Shown here: positions 40,192 through 54,120 of the stretch, one piece after another
Position numbering within the stretch: the stretch's first letter is position 1
How the letters are laid out: each line of letters starts with the position of its first letter
From: Eledone cirrhosa
Lineage: Eukaryota
Direction: 5' to 3'
DNA: 64,000 bases
NCBI GenBank assembly: GCA_964016885.1
Contig: OZ024743.1
Span: forward strand, 7,192,001 to 7,256,000
Notes under the pieces: model-generated
The model's database searches: none
Seen by the model: the letters and a program-made list of their open reading frames with translations, nothing else
What the model was told of the DNA's origin: nothing
Made by a program: the position numbers and the translations under genes

Positions 40192-41242
40192 CTGGAAAAT
40201 TATTAAAAAATATTTCTCTGAAGTAATAAAATATTCAAACTGAATATAAATTTATGAAATATAGTTAGATAATTTCAAATTTTCTTCAACAATCTACAGG
40301 TAATTTTAATTCTCAATACCAATATTTGGTTTCCATGGCTGGATGCCCTTCCTAACACCAACCATATTTACAGTATGGACTGGGTGCTTTTTATCATGTT
40401 ACTGGCATGAACACTTTACAAGGTGGACTGGGTACTTTTTGTCATGTCACCAGCATGACCACTTTACAGGGCTGACTAGGGAGTTTTTGTTGTATCACCA
40501 GCATGACTACCTTACAGAGTTGGCTGGGAGCTTTTAGCTATTTCAGCAACATTATGGGGGAGTGTGTCCAGCTATCCGTGCTTATATACATGGAAGGTGG
40601 GGGAGGTCTATTGGAGGGGGACGTCTAAGATAGGGTACTTAGCTGGTGATGAATGGAGTGTTACTTCATGGGAGGTGGACACAAAGTGCTTTTTTGTCAT
40701 GGCAGCAGCATTATGAGAAGGAGGAGCAGACTTGGAGCATGTACTATTTTCCATGCCTGTATGTAGGGGTTGAGTGTTATCAGAGAGGTATCATAGGAAT
40801 GTGTATGGTGGGGAGGGAGTATGTTGGACATGGATAAGGTGTGTAGAGTATTTATTTGATGAGAGTGAGGTATTAAGACTAGGGAATGTAGAAGGTGGGG
40901 AGGGAGAGTATGCAAGTTAGACATGGATAAGGTGGATGGAGGTAGGGTCCTTTTTGAAGCTATCTTTTATAGCTGGTACCAACCTTTTTCCTCACCTCTT
41001 ACAACATTCTAAACCAGATACATACGTCATCAGCAATATAGTATAAAGAACTATGACTGTGCTTATGGATTGTCAAGTTGTAACAAGGAATTTCTCCATA
41101 GATAAAGTAGAAAGGAGTAATCTTCATAATCGTATGTCTGCTGCAAGTAGTGCTTACATTGAAAATACAATTTCTAAAAATCAAAATAAATATGTTATCA
41201 AACCGAAATTCAGTAGATAATTTTCTGGATAAATGTTCTTAC

Positions 41243-41407
41243 CTGACTTGTTCATTATTGGATTCAACTGCCAATTGTTCCAAAGTTAGAGGCTTACTTT
41301 TTACCTCCCTTGAATCACAGTCAGATTCATTAAGCCACCATAAGTGACTAAACCAAAAATTGATGCCCAAATTTCTTGCATTATTGGATCGGAATTGGTG
41401 ATACCAG
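41243..41407 (-). CDS. JmjC oxygenase exon 5 (distal His)
   Basis: ttaaag|C...AG|gtaag, 165 nt. Contains (G)WYHQFRSNNARNLGINFWF, completing the HxD..H triad. Confidence 0.92.
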
Positions 41408-43131
41408 CTTTAACAAATATTTATGGTGAAAAGAAAACAGTAAAATTATTCTAAATTCTGTTTGAAAATTTAAGTTTTAAGTTTAAGATAAACTTTTTTA
41501 TAGATTACTTTTAGAGATTATAGGTAAAATAAATACTTAACCACTATAAGTAAGACTCAACTAAATGCTTAGAAAGCATTCTAGAAATTCATTTGAAATG
41601 TACAGCTTAGTTTCACTGGTCACGTGTCTTATTTTAGGTTAGTAGTCTGTGAGTATTTATTTATTTATCATTATTGTAGAATTTAGTTTTTCGATCTACC
41701 ATAGTGGATACATAGCTGTATTCATGAGTTTTATATTGAATAGTAATATTTGATTCATTTGCAAAAAAATAACCTCATTACGCTATGTTTTTTAGATGAT
41801 CATTGCCATCCTTTTGTTCTAGCTGTGTGACAGAGAAAAACAATCGACAATATTGTTTCTGGATTATTGCCCTTTGTCTAAATTATGTATCTCTCTTCTG
41901 TCACTCACTAGAACTCTTGAGAATATATAGTATACATCGGTTGGTTAGCTTCATTATGTTATGTGTTTTAGCTGAACATCGCCATCCTTTTGTTCTAGCA
42001 GTGACAGAGAGAAACAATCGACAATATTATATATATATATAAAATATATCCTAATTAACTTCCAGCCTTGTCTTTCTAGCAGTGAATATTAATAATATTT
42101 GAGCAGTCATAATCATCTGTATAATTTGAGTATGGAATTGGTATTAGAAATTTGTCATAGAGATAATAAATGCACAACACTCTTTGTTTCAAGTCTCATT
42201 AACTCTTAACATCCTATAACACTTGAAACTGCAGAAGCAAGACATTGAAAAGTACAAAACAGCACTATGACTGCATTACACTGAAATTTAAAATCTGTAG
42301 ATTATTGAAAATATCTACAACAATCTGTCTACTAATAAAAATGCTACAAAAATTTGGATTAAGAAACGTTTTTTGATATTTTATCCTAAATCATACTAGG
42401 ATGTTAAAGAGTTAAGATTGATTTATTTTTTCATTTTACCAAATTCAAAATAATAAGTATTATATATTAAACCCTTCTCATTCTAATGTTTTTCTATGCT
42501 TGTATAGATTGAATAGATTTGCAATACAACATGTAGCCATTCATCTTAATCATATGTCATTTTCTTATAAATCCATATTACCTTACTGACATGAAGTAGA
42601 TGATCCTTACATTTTGGAAATTGAGGAATAAATGCGAGATACTGTTACTAACATTAGCCACTCAACCATTCACTGAAAGTAGTTATCTATTTTCAGTTAT
42701 TTTGAAGTTAATAAAATAATGTGGCGTAAGCCTTTTGATACCAAACTGCCTGAAAAGATCCTATGACACAAAACTATCTATTTAAAAGTGTTTATATACA
42801 TCTAAAAACTCTCCATCATAATTTTATGTAAGAATCTTTAAGTTATATTCTAAACACCAATTTCATTACTAAATCCCCCCTAAATTTGGATTATTTTAAA
42901 AATAAATTGAAAATCATAGGCAGTGTTTTTTTAATTAGAAATATAGTAACGTAAGGGTTAAATTAAAAAACAACACACTGCTAAAGTCAAGATTTGAGAT
43001 TTTGATTTTAATATCACAGGTAGAACCACAGTACCATATAAAGCTAACAGAAAATACATATATCAATTACAAATTATATTCCATAGTTATATTTTAATAA
43101 TCAAAATTTAATAAACTATATTTAAACTTAC

Positions 43132-43292
43132 CCATGAGGTATGTAAAGACAATCTCCTTGTTCTAAAACTGCTGTGGACCAATTAGTTTGTTGCAATTTA
43201 GGAAACATTTTTAGATTTACTGCATCAACATCCACTTTACTGAAAGACCCGTCTTGCATAAAGCCATCTGCTTCAACCAAATCCTTCTGAGC
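43132..43292 (-). CDS. JmjC oxygenase exon 4
   Basis: ttttag|GCT...GG|gtaagt, 161 nt. Contains FSKVDVDAVNLKMFPKL..AVLEQGDCLYIPH(G). Confidence 0.93.
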
Positions 43293-44688
43293 CTAAAAAC
43301 ATTAAGGTTCAGACTCTACTTGATATTAAAAATGATACTAAACATTAAAAAGTTATAAAATCATATCTTGTTGAACTTTTATTAAATGTATTGAAATTAA
43401 AATATAATGTAAACTGTTCATACACCACACTATGGTATTTATTTAATCAACCTAAATGAAAACCTAAGACAATAACATCGATGAATGCATAGTGTTACAG
43501 ATTTATTCTTCACTGAAACTGACTGATAAAATGATGATAACCGCAATGATGATATATAAAAATGTTGTCTTTTCTTTTTTTTTTGCTATTCTTTTATAAG
43601 CTCCTCTAAATATTTCAACAAAATACTAAAATCATTAAAAATGTATCACATATCATATACAATACTTAATTACATAAATATTTCACATAACGAAAGAAAT
43701 ATTAATTCAACACTAAGTGGAGGTACATGGCTTAGTGGTTAGAGCATTGGCCTTGCAATTGAAAGGTTGTGAGTTCAATTCTCAGACTGGGTGATGTGTT
43801 GTTTCTTTGAGCAAGACACTTTATTTCACATTGCTCCAGTTTACTCAGCTGTAGAAATGAGATGATAGGGACTGGGGTCTCTATCATTCCACTGCAAAGT
43901 GGTTGTGGAGGTGCCACGGCAAAAAAGCACCCAGCACTCACTGTAAATGAGGTTGGGGTTAGGAAGGGCATCCAGCTGTAGAAATCAAGCCAGAATCAGT
44001 TCCCGTCCCACCTTTGCAAGCAGGGAAAAGCGGACATAAAATAATGATGATGATGACGTGTCAATTGGTCACATACTACAAGAGGGCTGGATCCTCCCTC
44101 TAATTCTTTTAGAGGCAAGCAGTGATTTCACAACAAAGAAAAAATAATAAATATACATCCATGGATAGATATTTAAACAAAATTAGAGGATCAAATCATA
44201 AATGACTTATTTAATGTGCAACAAAATTATTAAATATTTCAGAAATTAAAGAAATAGTGATGCCACAAAATAAATAAAATTTAAAAAAGATGCTCATAAA
44301 CAGAGACACACACACAACATAAATATAAACAGACAAGGTATTTTAACCCTTTAGCATTTACATTACTCTATATATACTATTGTATTTTCATAGTAAACAC
44401 TTTATCTCACACAATATCGAATCTACGAGGTTTTGATATTATTTTGAGAACAATACCTTCACATCAGTATGAGCAGCCAGTTATGGCTGGTTGCAACAGA
44501 AAGAGGTGAGAGAATTCTGGCCGGATACAGCCAATTTAAATGCTAAAGAATTAAGAATAAGAATTAAACAATCTCTACAACACCAGATATATCACATACT
44601 CATATGTGATGCAGACTTTGGTTGTGCAAGGTGTAGTGTAACAGACAAAATATATTGTTTCTCTGCAGTAAATTATATACTTATATAA

Positions 44689-44891
44689 TTAACCCTTTTG
44701 CAACCATTTTCTAATGAAATACTCTTTATTTCAATTAATTAATGAAGAATTTTGAGGGATTAACTAAAACTACAAATTATTTCATTACTAAGATAGTAAC
44801 TTAACTTATGGTTCTTATTTAAATAGGAACCCTTTAAAATTGGTGGTTTTGTTTCAGGGAACTAGAACTAGTTTGCTATCAAAAGGGTTAA
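44689..44891. mobile_element. Second TTAA-flanked MITE family (related copies ~42730-42961, 51865-52100, 60478-60725; a third family at 46610-46709 and 48195-48309)
   Basis: TTAACCCTTTTG ... CAAAAGGGTTAA ends and shared interiors. Confidence 0.65.
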
Positions 44892-47355
44892 AGAATCTAC
44901 TGGTGGCTCCAATTGAAATGGGTTGTGTGACAACACATATGATTCCTAATGATTTATTACAGCTTATTGACTACCTTACATTTTTTACATAATAAATACC
45001 AGAACATTTGGTAGTGTACCTTAGCACTGTACACAATAATTTTCATTATTACTATTATATATAAGTGGTTGTTGAAAAGGTGGTTGGTCAAGGGCATGAC
45101 AACCTCTTTATTGTTGGTGATTTGATAAAATGTACCCAGTACATTCTGTAAAGTGATTGGTGGTAGGAAGAGCATCCAGTCATGGAAAATTTTCCAAACA
45201 GAGTCAAGAGAACTCTTCAATTGTATCAAAGATATGACAACTTCTCTAGTGCCAGTGCTATGATAAAATGTAAGTGATATGTGGTCCTCCAGCCCATCTA
45301 AGAGTTCTGTAGCTCCAAATAAATAGATCAGGGATTACATTATCTAATGTATTCTTTATTTAAAATGCTGGGTTTGATTTGAAGGATATCTGACTATTAT
45401 TTCTAGCAGACAGGTCAAACAACCACATAGAGGTTTCCTCAATGGCTTGTGATTGTAAATATATTGTTGAAGCTGATGTCTATGAAGGAGAAATATGGAA
45501 GTTTAAGATTGTAATGTTGTTGTTGTGTAGCCCAGCATGGACAAATAGACAAGGAGTTTATTTTACAATCATTAAGTTCCATGTTCAATCCCATGTGACA
45601 TCTTGGGCAAATGTAATTTATTATAGCTTTGAGTGAAATTGGGTAAATAGAAACTGTTTGAAAGCCTATTGGATGGATAATAGCTGTAATTCAAGGGGCC
45701 AACCTTGTTGAATACTGTGTCACACTGAAACTCCATGAGAATTAGGGTTATGATATACACGTCTATGGAATCCTCAGCCACTTAAACATTAATTTAATGA
45801 GCAGGTCGTTTCATTGATTGAAGAACTGGAATGTTCATTGTTGAAAGCAACACAGGTCCATTTTATTCCAGCTGAAATCAACTGTGATTCTATGCCACAT
45901 ATCTAGGGTGGGTAAAATTCCCGAGATCCATGGATGAGTTCTCTCCAGTTATGCATGTTCTTATTGATGTTAAGCCCCAGATCAACCTGGATTGAACAGA
46001 CCTATGATCAAAGACATTTCAGACATAACTATCTCGTCTTCTTAGGGGTCTGTAGGAATACATTATGATAATATATCAAAATACCAAAGTTATTGTTGTT
46101 TTTCAGTTTCATAAACTGAGCGTGCGTGTGTGGGTGCGTGTGTGTGTGTGTGGGGGGGGGGGGGGGTTGAGTGGGGACAGGATATTCTGAGGACATTAAC
46201 ACAGCATGTAACAAGATGAATTATAACATCCCATGGACCCTAAATTTTGATGTAGTTGTTTCAATATTATATTTAAACCTAACAGAACCCATCCCTCTCC
46301 AGACTGAAACACAGTTCACCTCTTTCAAAGAGAGAGAATGAGTGGAAAAATCACCCCCAGTACTGGACTGATACTTTATCAACCTTGAAAGGATAAAATA
46401 CAAAGTTGATCTTGGCAGGATTTAAACAGTGAGCTGGAATATATACTGCAAAGCATTCTATCTGACATTTTAACAACTCTGCTACTTCCTCACCTTATGA
46501 TACTAAGTGACCAACATAAAAATATAAAGAATAACTGATTGTTTTTACAACATGATACTGAAGATTTTTAGTAGAAGGGAAAAAGCTCCTACTTTTCTGA
46601 AGAGTATAATTAACCTTCAACATACTAGAAATTTTTATGAATTGCTTATGTATTAAGGGGAGATTACTCTATCGGCGATTTAATGCACCTGGAGCCTCCA
46701 GAAGGTTAATGTAATTGAATTCAAGCACAATCTTGGAAGGGAGTTGTATATTAGTTTCACCAAGAAATTACTGTTGCACTATGACATCTGCCAACAGCAT
46801 TAAATTCTTCACCATTCATGAATTTAGCATTCATTAATCTTTGTGATTTAAATATCAGCAGGATTGAATGAATTAGCTAAAAGTATTACATTTTTAATTT
46901 GTTGTTATTGTTTGGGATTAAACACAACTTACATTTCATTGGGAAGATTGGAAATAACAGGCCACCATTATTCTTATGAAATTTCTTCTTGAAGAATATC
47001 TGATAGTTCAATAAGTTATAAAAAGAAAATAATTAGGAACCTTAGACAATAACAATACAGTTTACATATAAACATAGAAAATTGACATTTGTAAAATATT
47101 GATGACAAAATTTACATGCAAGTATACAAAGCATGCTGTATAAAGCTAAGGTTAACACAGATAAGATAAGTGATATAGTGAAATAAGCTCTGACAGAGAA
47201 GGAAAAGGAGAAAAACTAAATAAGGAAGAGTAAAAAAAAAAATAGAGAAAAAAGAGAAAAAAAGGAGAAAAGTTTTGAAAAATATTCTAGTTAATAAAAT
47301 AGGTTTAAAACAATTACTAAAACCCTGAACTCCTGAAAAAACAAACATACTTAAC

Positions 47356-47525
47356 CTTATTAAAAAGAAGAACAACTTTCTGACCATCTAATACACAATT
47401 AATATTGTCCATGTCGTCTGAGTGTAATACAGACCGTGTATTACCATTGCTCAACCACAATACACTGTCTTGTAATACCTTTTGAAAACCACCACAATTC
47501 AATAAAGGTGGAACTATTACTTCAC
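47356..47525 (-). CDS. JmjC oxygenase exon 3 (HxD iron-binding motif)
   Basis: ttgcag|GT...AAG|gttaag, 170 nt. Contains VLWLSNGNTRSVLHSDDMDNINCVLDGQK, with HSD at 47416-47424 and the 2OG-binding Lys. Confidence 0.93.
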
Positions 47526-48444
47526 CTGCAAATAAAAATAAAAAATAATAATAATAATAATTACAAAGAAAAGAAAAAAAGAAAAGGAGATTTGGTATAC
47601 AAGAAAGAAAAATATAAAGTAAGAAAAATAATGAATTGATGCAAGTATGGCTGTGTAGTTAAGAAGTTAGGTTCACAACCAGGTAATTTAGGGGCTCAGT
47701 CTGACTGTATGGCACTTGATACGAGTGTCTTCAACTATAGCCTCAGGTTGATCAATGTCTTGTGAATGAAATTTATTAGGCAGAAACTACGTGGAAGCCT
47801 GTTTTGAAAGGTCAGTTTTTATCACCTCATCCCAGGTCTTTCTAGTCTTCCTACTCCATAGCTACCATCAACTTTGAATGCTTTGCACCTTCTATACAGC
47901 TTATAACTATAAACAAACAATAAATCAGCCTAACACACAAAGTGCCACGCAGACAACATGTCGCCTAAAAATAGTATATGTTCTTCTATCTTAACATCTA
48001 ATCAGGCTTATTTATCATATTATACATAAGTCAAATTATAAATATTTGACGCCACTCCCTAGGACTAAAGTAAATACTGCACTGATTGGATTACTGACAT
48101 TGTCAAGTACATACCACCAATTCTCAAATGCTGATTGGTTAACTTTCACTAAAACTACCTACTAACTCACCTCTATAATATTAGACCCTATTCTTAACTT
48201 TTAGCATGCAACAAATTTTTATGAATTGCTTCCCTTGACACTGCATTATGTATTAAGGGGAGATAACTCTATTGGCAACATAATGTACCTGGAGCCTCCA
48301 GAAGGTTAACCAATCATAATCTCTCTGATGAGCTGCTACTATATCATCTTACAATGCAGTGTGCAATAATTCATTGTGCATTTATGATAACCAATTAAGC
48401 CTGTTACAGATGATACAGTTGCAACAAAATATGTCAGAATTATT

Positions 48445-50940
48445 ATCATCATCATTATCATCGTCATCATCATTTTACGTCCGCTTTTCCCTGCTTGCAA
48501 GGGTGGGACGGGTCTTATTTAGCACAGCATCTCTCCACTTGTCACGGTCCTTCATCATCTCCACCATGAGCTTCAGTAATCTGAGGTCTGTTCTCACCAC
48601 CTCTGCCCATGTTTTTCGTGGTCTACCTCTACCACGTCTTCCTTCAACAGGCATTTCCTGGCACTTCTTCACCCATCGGTCATCCTCCATGCGCATCACA
48701 TGTCCATACCACCTCAGTCTCCTCTCTCACACACTACATTCTATCCCTCTCAGACAGTTTCTCTCTCAACACATTCATGCTGGGTCGTTCACGCACATTG
48801 ACATTGCACATTCAACGGAGCATGCTTGCCTCATTTCTCTCCAGCTGCTGCCCATGTCTCACTACCATGCAGCATCGCGCTCCTCACACAGGCATCATAT
48901 AACCGGCCTTTCGTACACAGGGAGAAACTCTTCTTTGTCAGTAGAAGAAGCAGCTCCCTAAATTTCTTCCAACCCGTCCTTATTCTAGATACTATGGCCT
49001 CAGAACACCACCTCCAATGCTAATCTGATTTCCTAGGTACCGGAAGCTATCCACCTGCATTTGAAAGATGTGTCTATCAATGCGACTTCTATTGTCTAAT
49101 TTCCCTGTACATCTACTGCATACGTATTTCTCCCTACCTGTTAGTTTGTTGCCTGCTATCCCGCTACATCTCTTGTGTACCCAGGATCTGCATTGTGTGC
49201 ATTTTATAGAATGTATGCCAGTTCCTTTTCTGCATATCGAACATGGCCATTTCCCTGACGGAATCAGAGTGTTGTCCTCTTTTCTACTCATCAACACTTT
49301 TGTCTTAGCTAGGTTCACTCTCAGTCCTCTTGCTTCCAACTGCTGTTTCCATAGCCAGAATTTATTCTCTAGCTCCTCTACTGATTCTGCTATAAGAACC
49401 AGATCGTCAGCATAGAGAAGTTCCCATGGACAGCCAGTCTTAAACTCCCCTGTTATGGCTTGGAGGACTATAATGAACAAGAGCGGGCTGAGGACCGAAC
49501 CTTGATGTACTTCTACTTGTATTTGGAATTCCTCACTAAACTCCATTCCTACTCTGACTTTACTCTCAGCACGTCTGTACAAAGTTTGCACTGTCCTCAC
49601 AAGCCATTCCTCAACACCTAGTTTCCTTAGGGACCACCAGATGACAGATCGAGGTACCTTATCAAAGGCCTTCTCTAGGTCAACAAAGGCTAAGTATAGT
49701 GGCTTATTTTTCTCTAAGAACCTCTCTTGCAATTGTCTCACCAAGAAGAGGGCATCTGTTGTACTTTTCCCTGGCACAAAACCAAACTGCATCTCATCTA
49801 GTTCGACCCTTTCTCTAATTAGTTGTGCTAATATCCTTTCTGCCACTTTCATAACCTGATCCATCAGTTTTATACCCCTATAATTACTCGTCTCCAGAGC
49901 ATCCCCTTTACCTTTGTAGCAATTTATGAGAATACTGCTGCACCATATATAGCCTGATTGATGATCCGTGCAACCAGTTTAGTGCTTACGTTCTCTGATG
50001 CCTTCAGCATCTCAGCAACTATCCCCGACAGTCCAGCAGCCTTACCATTTTTTATTTTCTTAATCGCTGCTTAGACCCTATATTCAACAATCTCAATAGC
50101 TGGTCCCTCTGTCGGATCTACTGAGGGTAATTTCTCTCTCTCCCATTCGTTCTCCACGTTCATCAGTCTCTCATAATGACATTTCCAGGCCTCCTTTTTC
50201 TGATCATTTGTGACACTAAGTACACCGGCATCATTCCGGACACATTTATCTCCAACAACATCCTGATTTGCATTGACACACTGCCTTGCAATGTGGAATA
50301 CCGCACGCCTCTGATCTTCTCGTCGCAGAACATTGGCAAACCTCCTACTCTCAGCCTCCCTGTGTGCTAAGTACACCTGACGTCTAGCTTCTCTCTTAGT
50401 GGCTGTATATCCTTCTCTACTCCCACCCTTTTTCCAAGCCTTCCATGCTAGTCTTTTGTCTCTAATGGCCTTATCTACTGTGCTGTTCCACCACCAGGTC
50501 ACTCTCTGTCTGGTTGGAGCTCTGCTCCAGCCACAAGTTTCATCAGTAGCCTGCAATAAGTTGTCACATAAGAAATTCCAGTTACTATCTATGTCATACG
50601 TCTCTAAATCGTCTTCTTTTTCGTCATACACATCTTGAAGGGCTTTCCTAAATTTGTATTTTAGTGAAAGGTCTTTTAGCTTCCAGACCTTTCTTCTCCA
50701 CACCTTCCTGTATGTCTCATTCCATCTCTTGCTTACTGAGATATCACTAACGATTAACCTATGCTGTGGGGTACATTCTTCCCCAGGGTATGCCTTGGTA
50801 TTTGACACCATCTGCCTGTCCCGCTGCCTAACTAGTAAGAAGTTAATCTGGCTTATGTGCTTGCCTGATTTGTAGGTTATTAGGTGGTTGGCAGGTTTCT
50901 GGAAGTTAGTGTTGCAAATAGTCAGTGTACTTGCATCACA
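48445..50940 (-). mobile_element. 5'-truncated RTE-clade LINE (end of APE, RT, PHD-like finger) in JmjC intron 2
   Basis: ORFs 50071-50811, 48992-49864 (AFVDLEKAFDKVP, VHQGSVLSPLLF, LYADD) and 48475-48699 (GRRGRGRPRKTW); (TGA)n tail. Confidence 0.95.
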
Positions 50941-51021
50941 AAATTTATATTAATAAATGAAATATTGAATATATACTACCTCTCAGCCACTGAGATTTTT
51001 GCATAATCTCTGATCAATGTG

Positions 51022-51054
<33 letters not shown>

Positions 51055-51209
51055 AAACACAGACATGTACATACCATGACATGTAAAAAGCAAGTGAAGA
51101 AGAAAATGGAATGAGAAAGATGATAGAGAAAAAGAGGTTTTAGTAAGAGTATAGGAAAAGATTATAACGTTAACTGGTGAAGAAACATTAAAAATGGAGA
51201 GGATAGTAC

Positions 51210-51361
51210 CTTTCATCTCATTATGAACACTTTGCACCATATAGATATCATTTGTGACATAATAGTCTAAAAATGTTTTTAAGTTATAATATTGGGGCTT
51301 GAGAGAGCGGTTTTCTTTCTTACTTTGTTCAACACGAACTTTTAAGTTACCATATTTTTCA
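51210..51361 (-). CDS. JmjC oxygenase exon 2
   Basis: tttcag|T...G|gtact, 152 nt. Encodes (C)EKYGNLKVRVEQSKKENRSLKPQYYNLKTFLDYYVTNDIYMVQSVHNEMK. Confidence 0.88.
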
Positions 51362-53104
51362 CTGAAATAGAAAAAGAAAAATTACAAAAATTAATTTATG
51401 CTTAAAAATGGATGACAAACATACATACACCATTAATATATCTATTACGGCAGATACTTAAAACAGATCATAAACACACACACATACACTAATATACATC
51501 TACATAGGTACACACAAAATAGATCACAACACACACATACATACACCAATACATAACTACATACATAAAATAGATAACACACACACACACACCAATAAAA
51601 TATCTGTTAACCCTTTAACATTTACAATACTCTGTATATACTATTGTATTTTCAAGGTAAAGGCTTTAACTCACATAATATCAAACCTATGAGATTTTGA
51701 TATTTATTTATTTTGAGAAAAATACCTTTACATCAGTATGAGCAGCCAGTTACAGCTGGTTTGAACAGAAAGAAGTGTGAAAATTCTGGCCGGATACATG
51801 CTAAAGATTAGGGCAAGCTTGATGAATTGTTATGTTATGATGCTAAATAACAAACACAATGTTAACCGTTTTATGACTGTATTTCAAATAAAATACACAA
51901 TAATTCAATCAATTAATGAAGAATTTTGAGTGATTTACTAGAATTATTAATTATTTGATTATGAAGATAGTAACTTAACATATAGTTCTTATATAAAATT
52001 ATGTTGGAAGATTTTAATTTAAATAGGAACTCTTTAAAATAGGTGGTTTTATTTCATTGAACCAGAGCTGCTTTTGACCAGGTTATTATCAAAAGATTAA
52101 TATCACCCCCCCCCCTTTCCTGTGGCCCTAGAGTCTTTGCTTTTCCCCTCCTTTTCCTCCATTTATAGCTTTTATAGTCCTTTCCTCTACTTTCCCATAC
52201 AGTCAGATCTACCCTTCCTTACCTCTTCCCCCTTTTCTCATTACTTAATTTTGCTTTTATCTTTCTTTCTCATATTTTTTTTTGAAAACAAAATTATTAG
52301 GTCTTATCACACGTACAGTCCCTAATATCCCAGATCCAGTATTTGATCTTTTGTGTTAAGCTTGTAGTCAAGACACAATGAATTATAGTTAAATTTATAT
52401 TAGAAATGGCATATTTTGTCAGAACACATCATATTAAATATATGCTTTGGCATTTGATTTATATCTGGTTTAAAATCTTTGTTTAATTTTGTTTATAAAA
52501 AAAAAACAAATCAAATCCCAACTAAACAAATATTTATTACAGGGATTTAACGTACATTAATTTCCTTGATAAGCTGGAATTGAACTTTTTTAAATATTCA
52601 GATAACTCTTAACATCCAGTAATGATTTAATAGAAAATATCTAAAAACAGGTTTGTTTACTTAGTGGACAGATGGTTGTGAAAATTTGCAGTAAACTAAA
52701 CTAAAGACTTAAATGTTTCATGTGATGCAGTCATAGAGCTGTTTTGTCCTTTTATATACAAAAGGCGGCGAATTGGCAGAATTGTTAAAACATTGGATAG
52801 AATGCTTTATGGTATTCGTTCTGGCTCTCTGCCCTCTGAGTTCAAATCTCACCGAGGCCAATTTTGCCCTTCATCCTTTTGAGGTCGATAACAAATGTAC
52901 CAGTCTAGTACTGGGGTCGATTCTTCCTCTATATCTCTTTCTCATTTCCTTTCTCTCACTCTCCATCTTTCTCTGGAAGAAATCTGCTGTATTCAGACCT
53001 AGAGAGATGATGGACTCCACCAGGTTTAAAAAGGCTCCAAGAAATGCTGTATGTCAATATGGTGCCCTACAACTCCCTCAGGAGTTACGGGTTCATACAT
53101 ACAA

Positions 53105-54120
53105 CTACTATATAACAATAACAATAATGAAATATTGTGTACAGTGCCCAGGTGCACCACAACTCATCAAAAAAGTGCATGTACAGTACATAGGGCAATG
53201 CACAAACATCAGTAAAATGAACAGTGCACGAGTCATGATACACACGTGTGCATGTGTATGGAAGGGGTACATCAGGTGTAGTTTTGGCGTATTTCGGGAA
53301 GCATGAATGTCTTAAAGGATGCAGTGTCTCGGCAGCTAACAATTGACGCAGGCAGTTTGTTCCATGCTTCAGCAACTCTGAGCGTGAAAAAATGTCTGCG
53401 AAAGTCATGGGAGCTGTGCTGTTTTCTTATCTTGTAGGCATGTCCACGTGTGTTAGACACATGGAGATCAAAGAGGCGCTCAGGGTTGCAGTTGGCGAGA
53501 TGGTTAAAAACTTTGTGGGTATTCACCAAGTCCATTGCCAGACGTCGGAGCTTCAATGAATCCATGCCCAGGGAAGCAAGGCGTTCAGAGTATGGTAGGT
53601 GTCTGATGGAGGGTATGCGCTTGGTTGCACGTCTCTGAACAGTTTCCAGGAGGTCAATGTTCTGAGCAAGATAGGGGTTCCAGACTGATGATGCGAATTC
53701 CAAGTGTGGTCGCACCATAGCTGTATACAGTTTTAAATAGATGGCTGGAGAGTGGCTAACAAAGGTCTTGCTGAGTGATGCCAAGACACCCTCGGCCTTC
53801 TTGACAATCTTAGAGACATGCTTTGTCCAACGCAAATCATTGCTGACAGTAATGCCCAGGTCACGTTCACAAGAGGACTTTTTGATGTCAGTGTTGTGGA
53901 GGGAGTATGTGGACGCTGGATTTTTCCTTCCAAAATGCATGGTGGTACACTTGTCCACAGCCAGCTTCAGTTGCCAGTCTGTGATCCATTGCTGCATTGT
54001 GTCCAGGTCTGATTGTAGGAAAGAGTTGTAAATTTCAGGATCAGTCCTTTTGATTTCAAGGTACAGCTTGATGTCATCTGCATATTTTAGTACCGTGGCA
54101 TTCTGTAAGTTGGCATCTAT
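53105..54120 (-). mobile_element. 5'-truncated CR1 LINE in JmjC intron 1
   Basis: LKYADDIKLY at 54061-54090. ORF 53272-53997 has ERDLGI, VRPHLEFASSVWNPY, LETVQRRATK, TRGH and FFTLRVAEAWNKLP. Short 3' ends also at ~4725-4890, 45010-45060, 56140-56185. Confidence 0.95.

Noticed and set aside
40343-40540. Regularly spaced ~42-nt repeats, superficially CRISPR-like
   Set aside because: Degenerate tandem units inside a SINE family; no unique spacers, no cas genes, eukaryotic context.
41798-42027. ~55-nt direct repeat (41798-41853 and 41974-42027) in JmjC intron 4
   Set aside because: Small diverged local duplication with no coding or structural signal.
48325-48365. CTGATGAG-CTGC...GCAG possible hammerhead
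   Set aside because: No GAAA box follows the stem.
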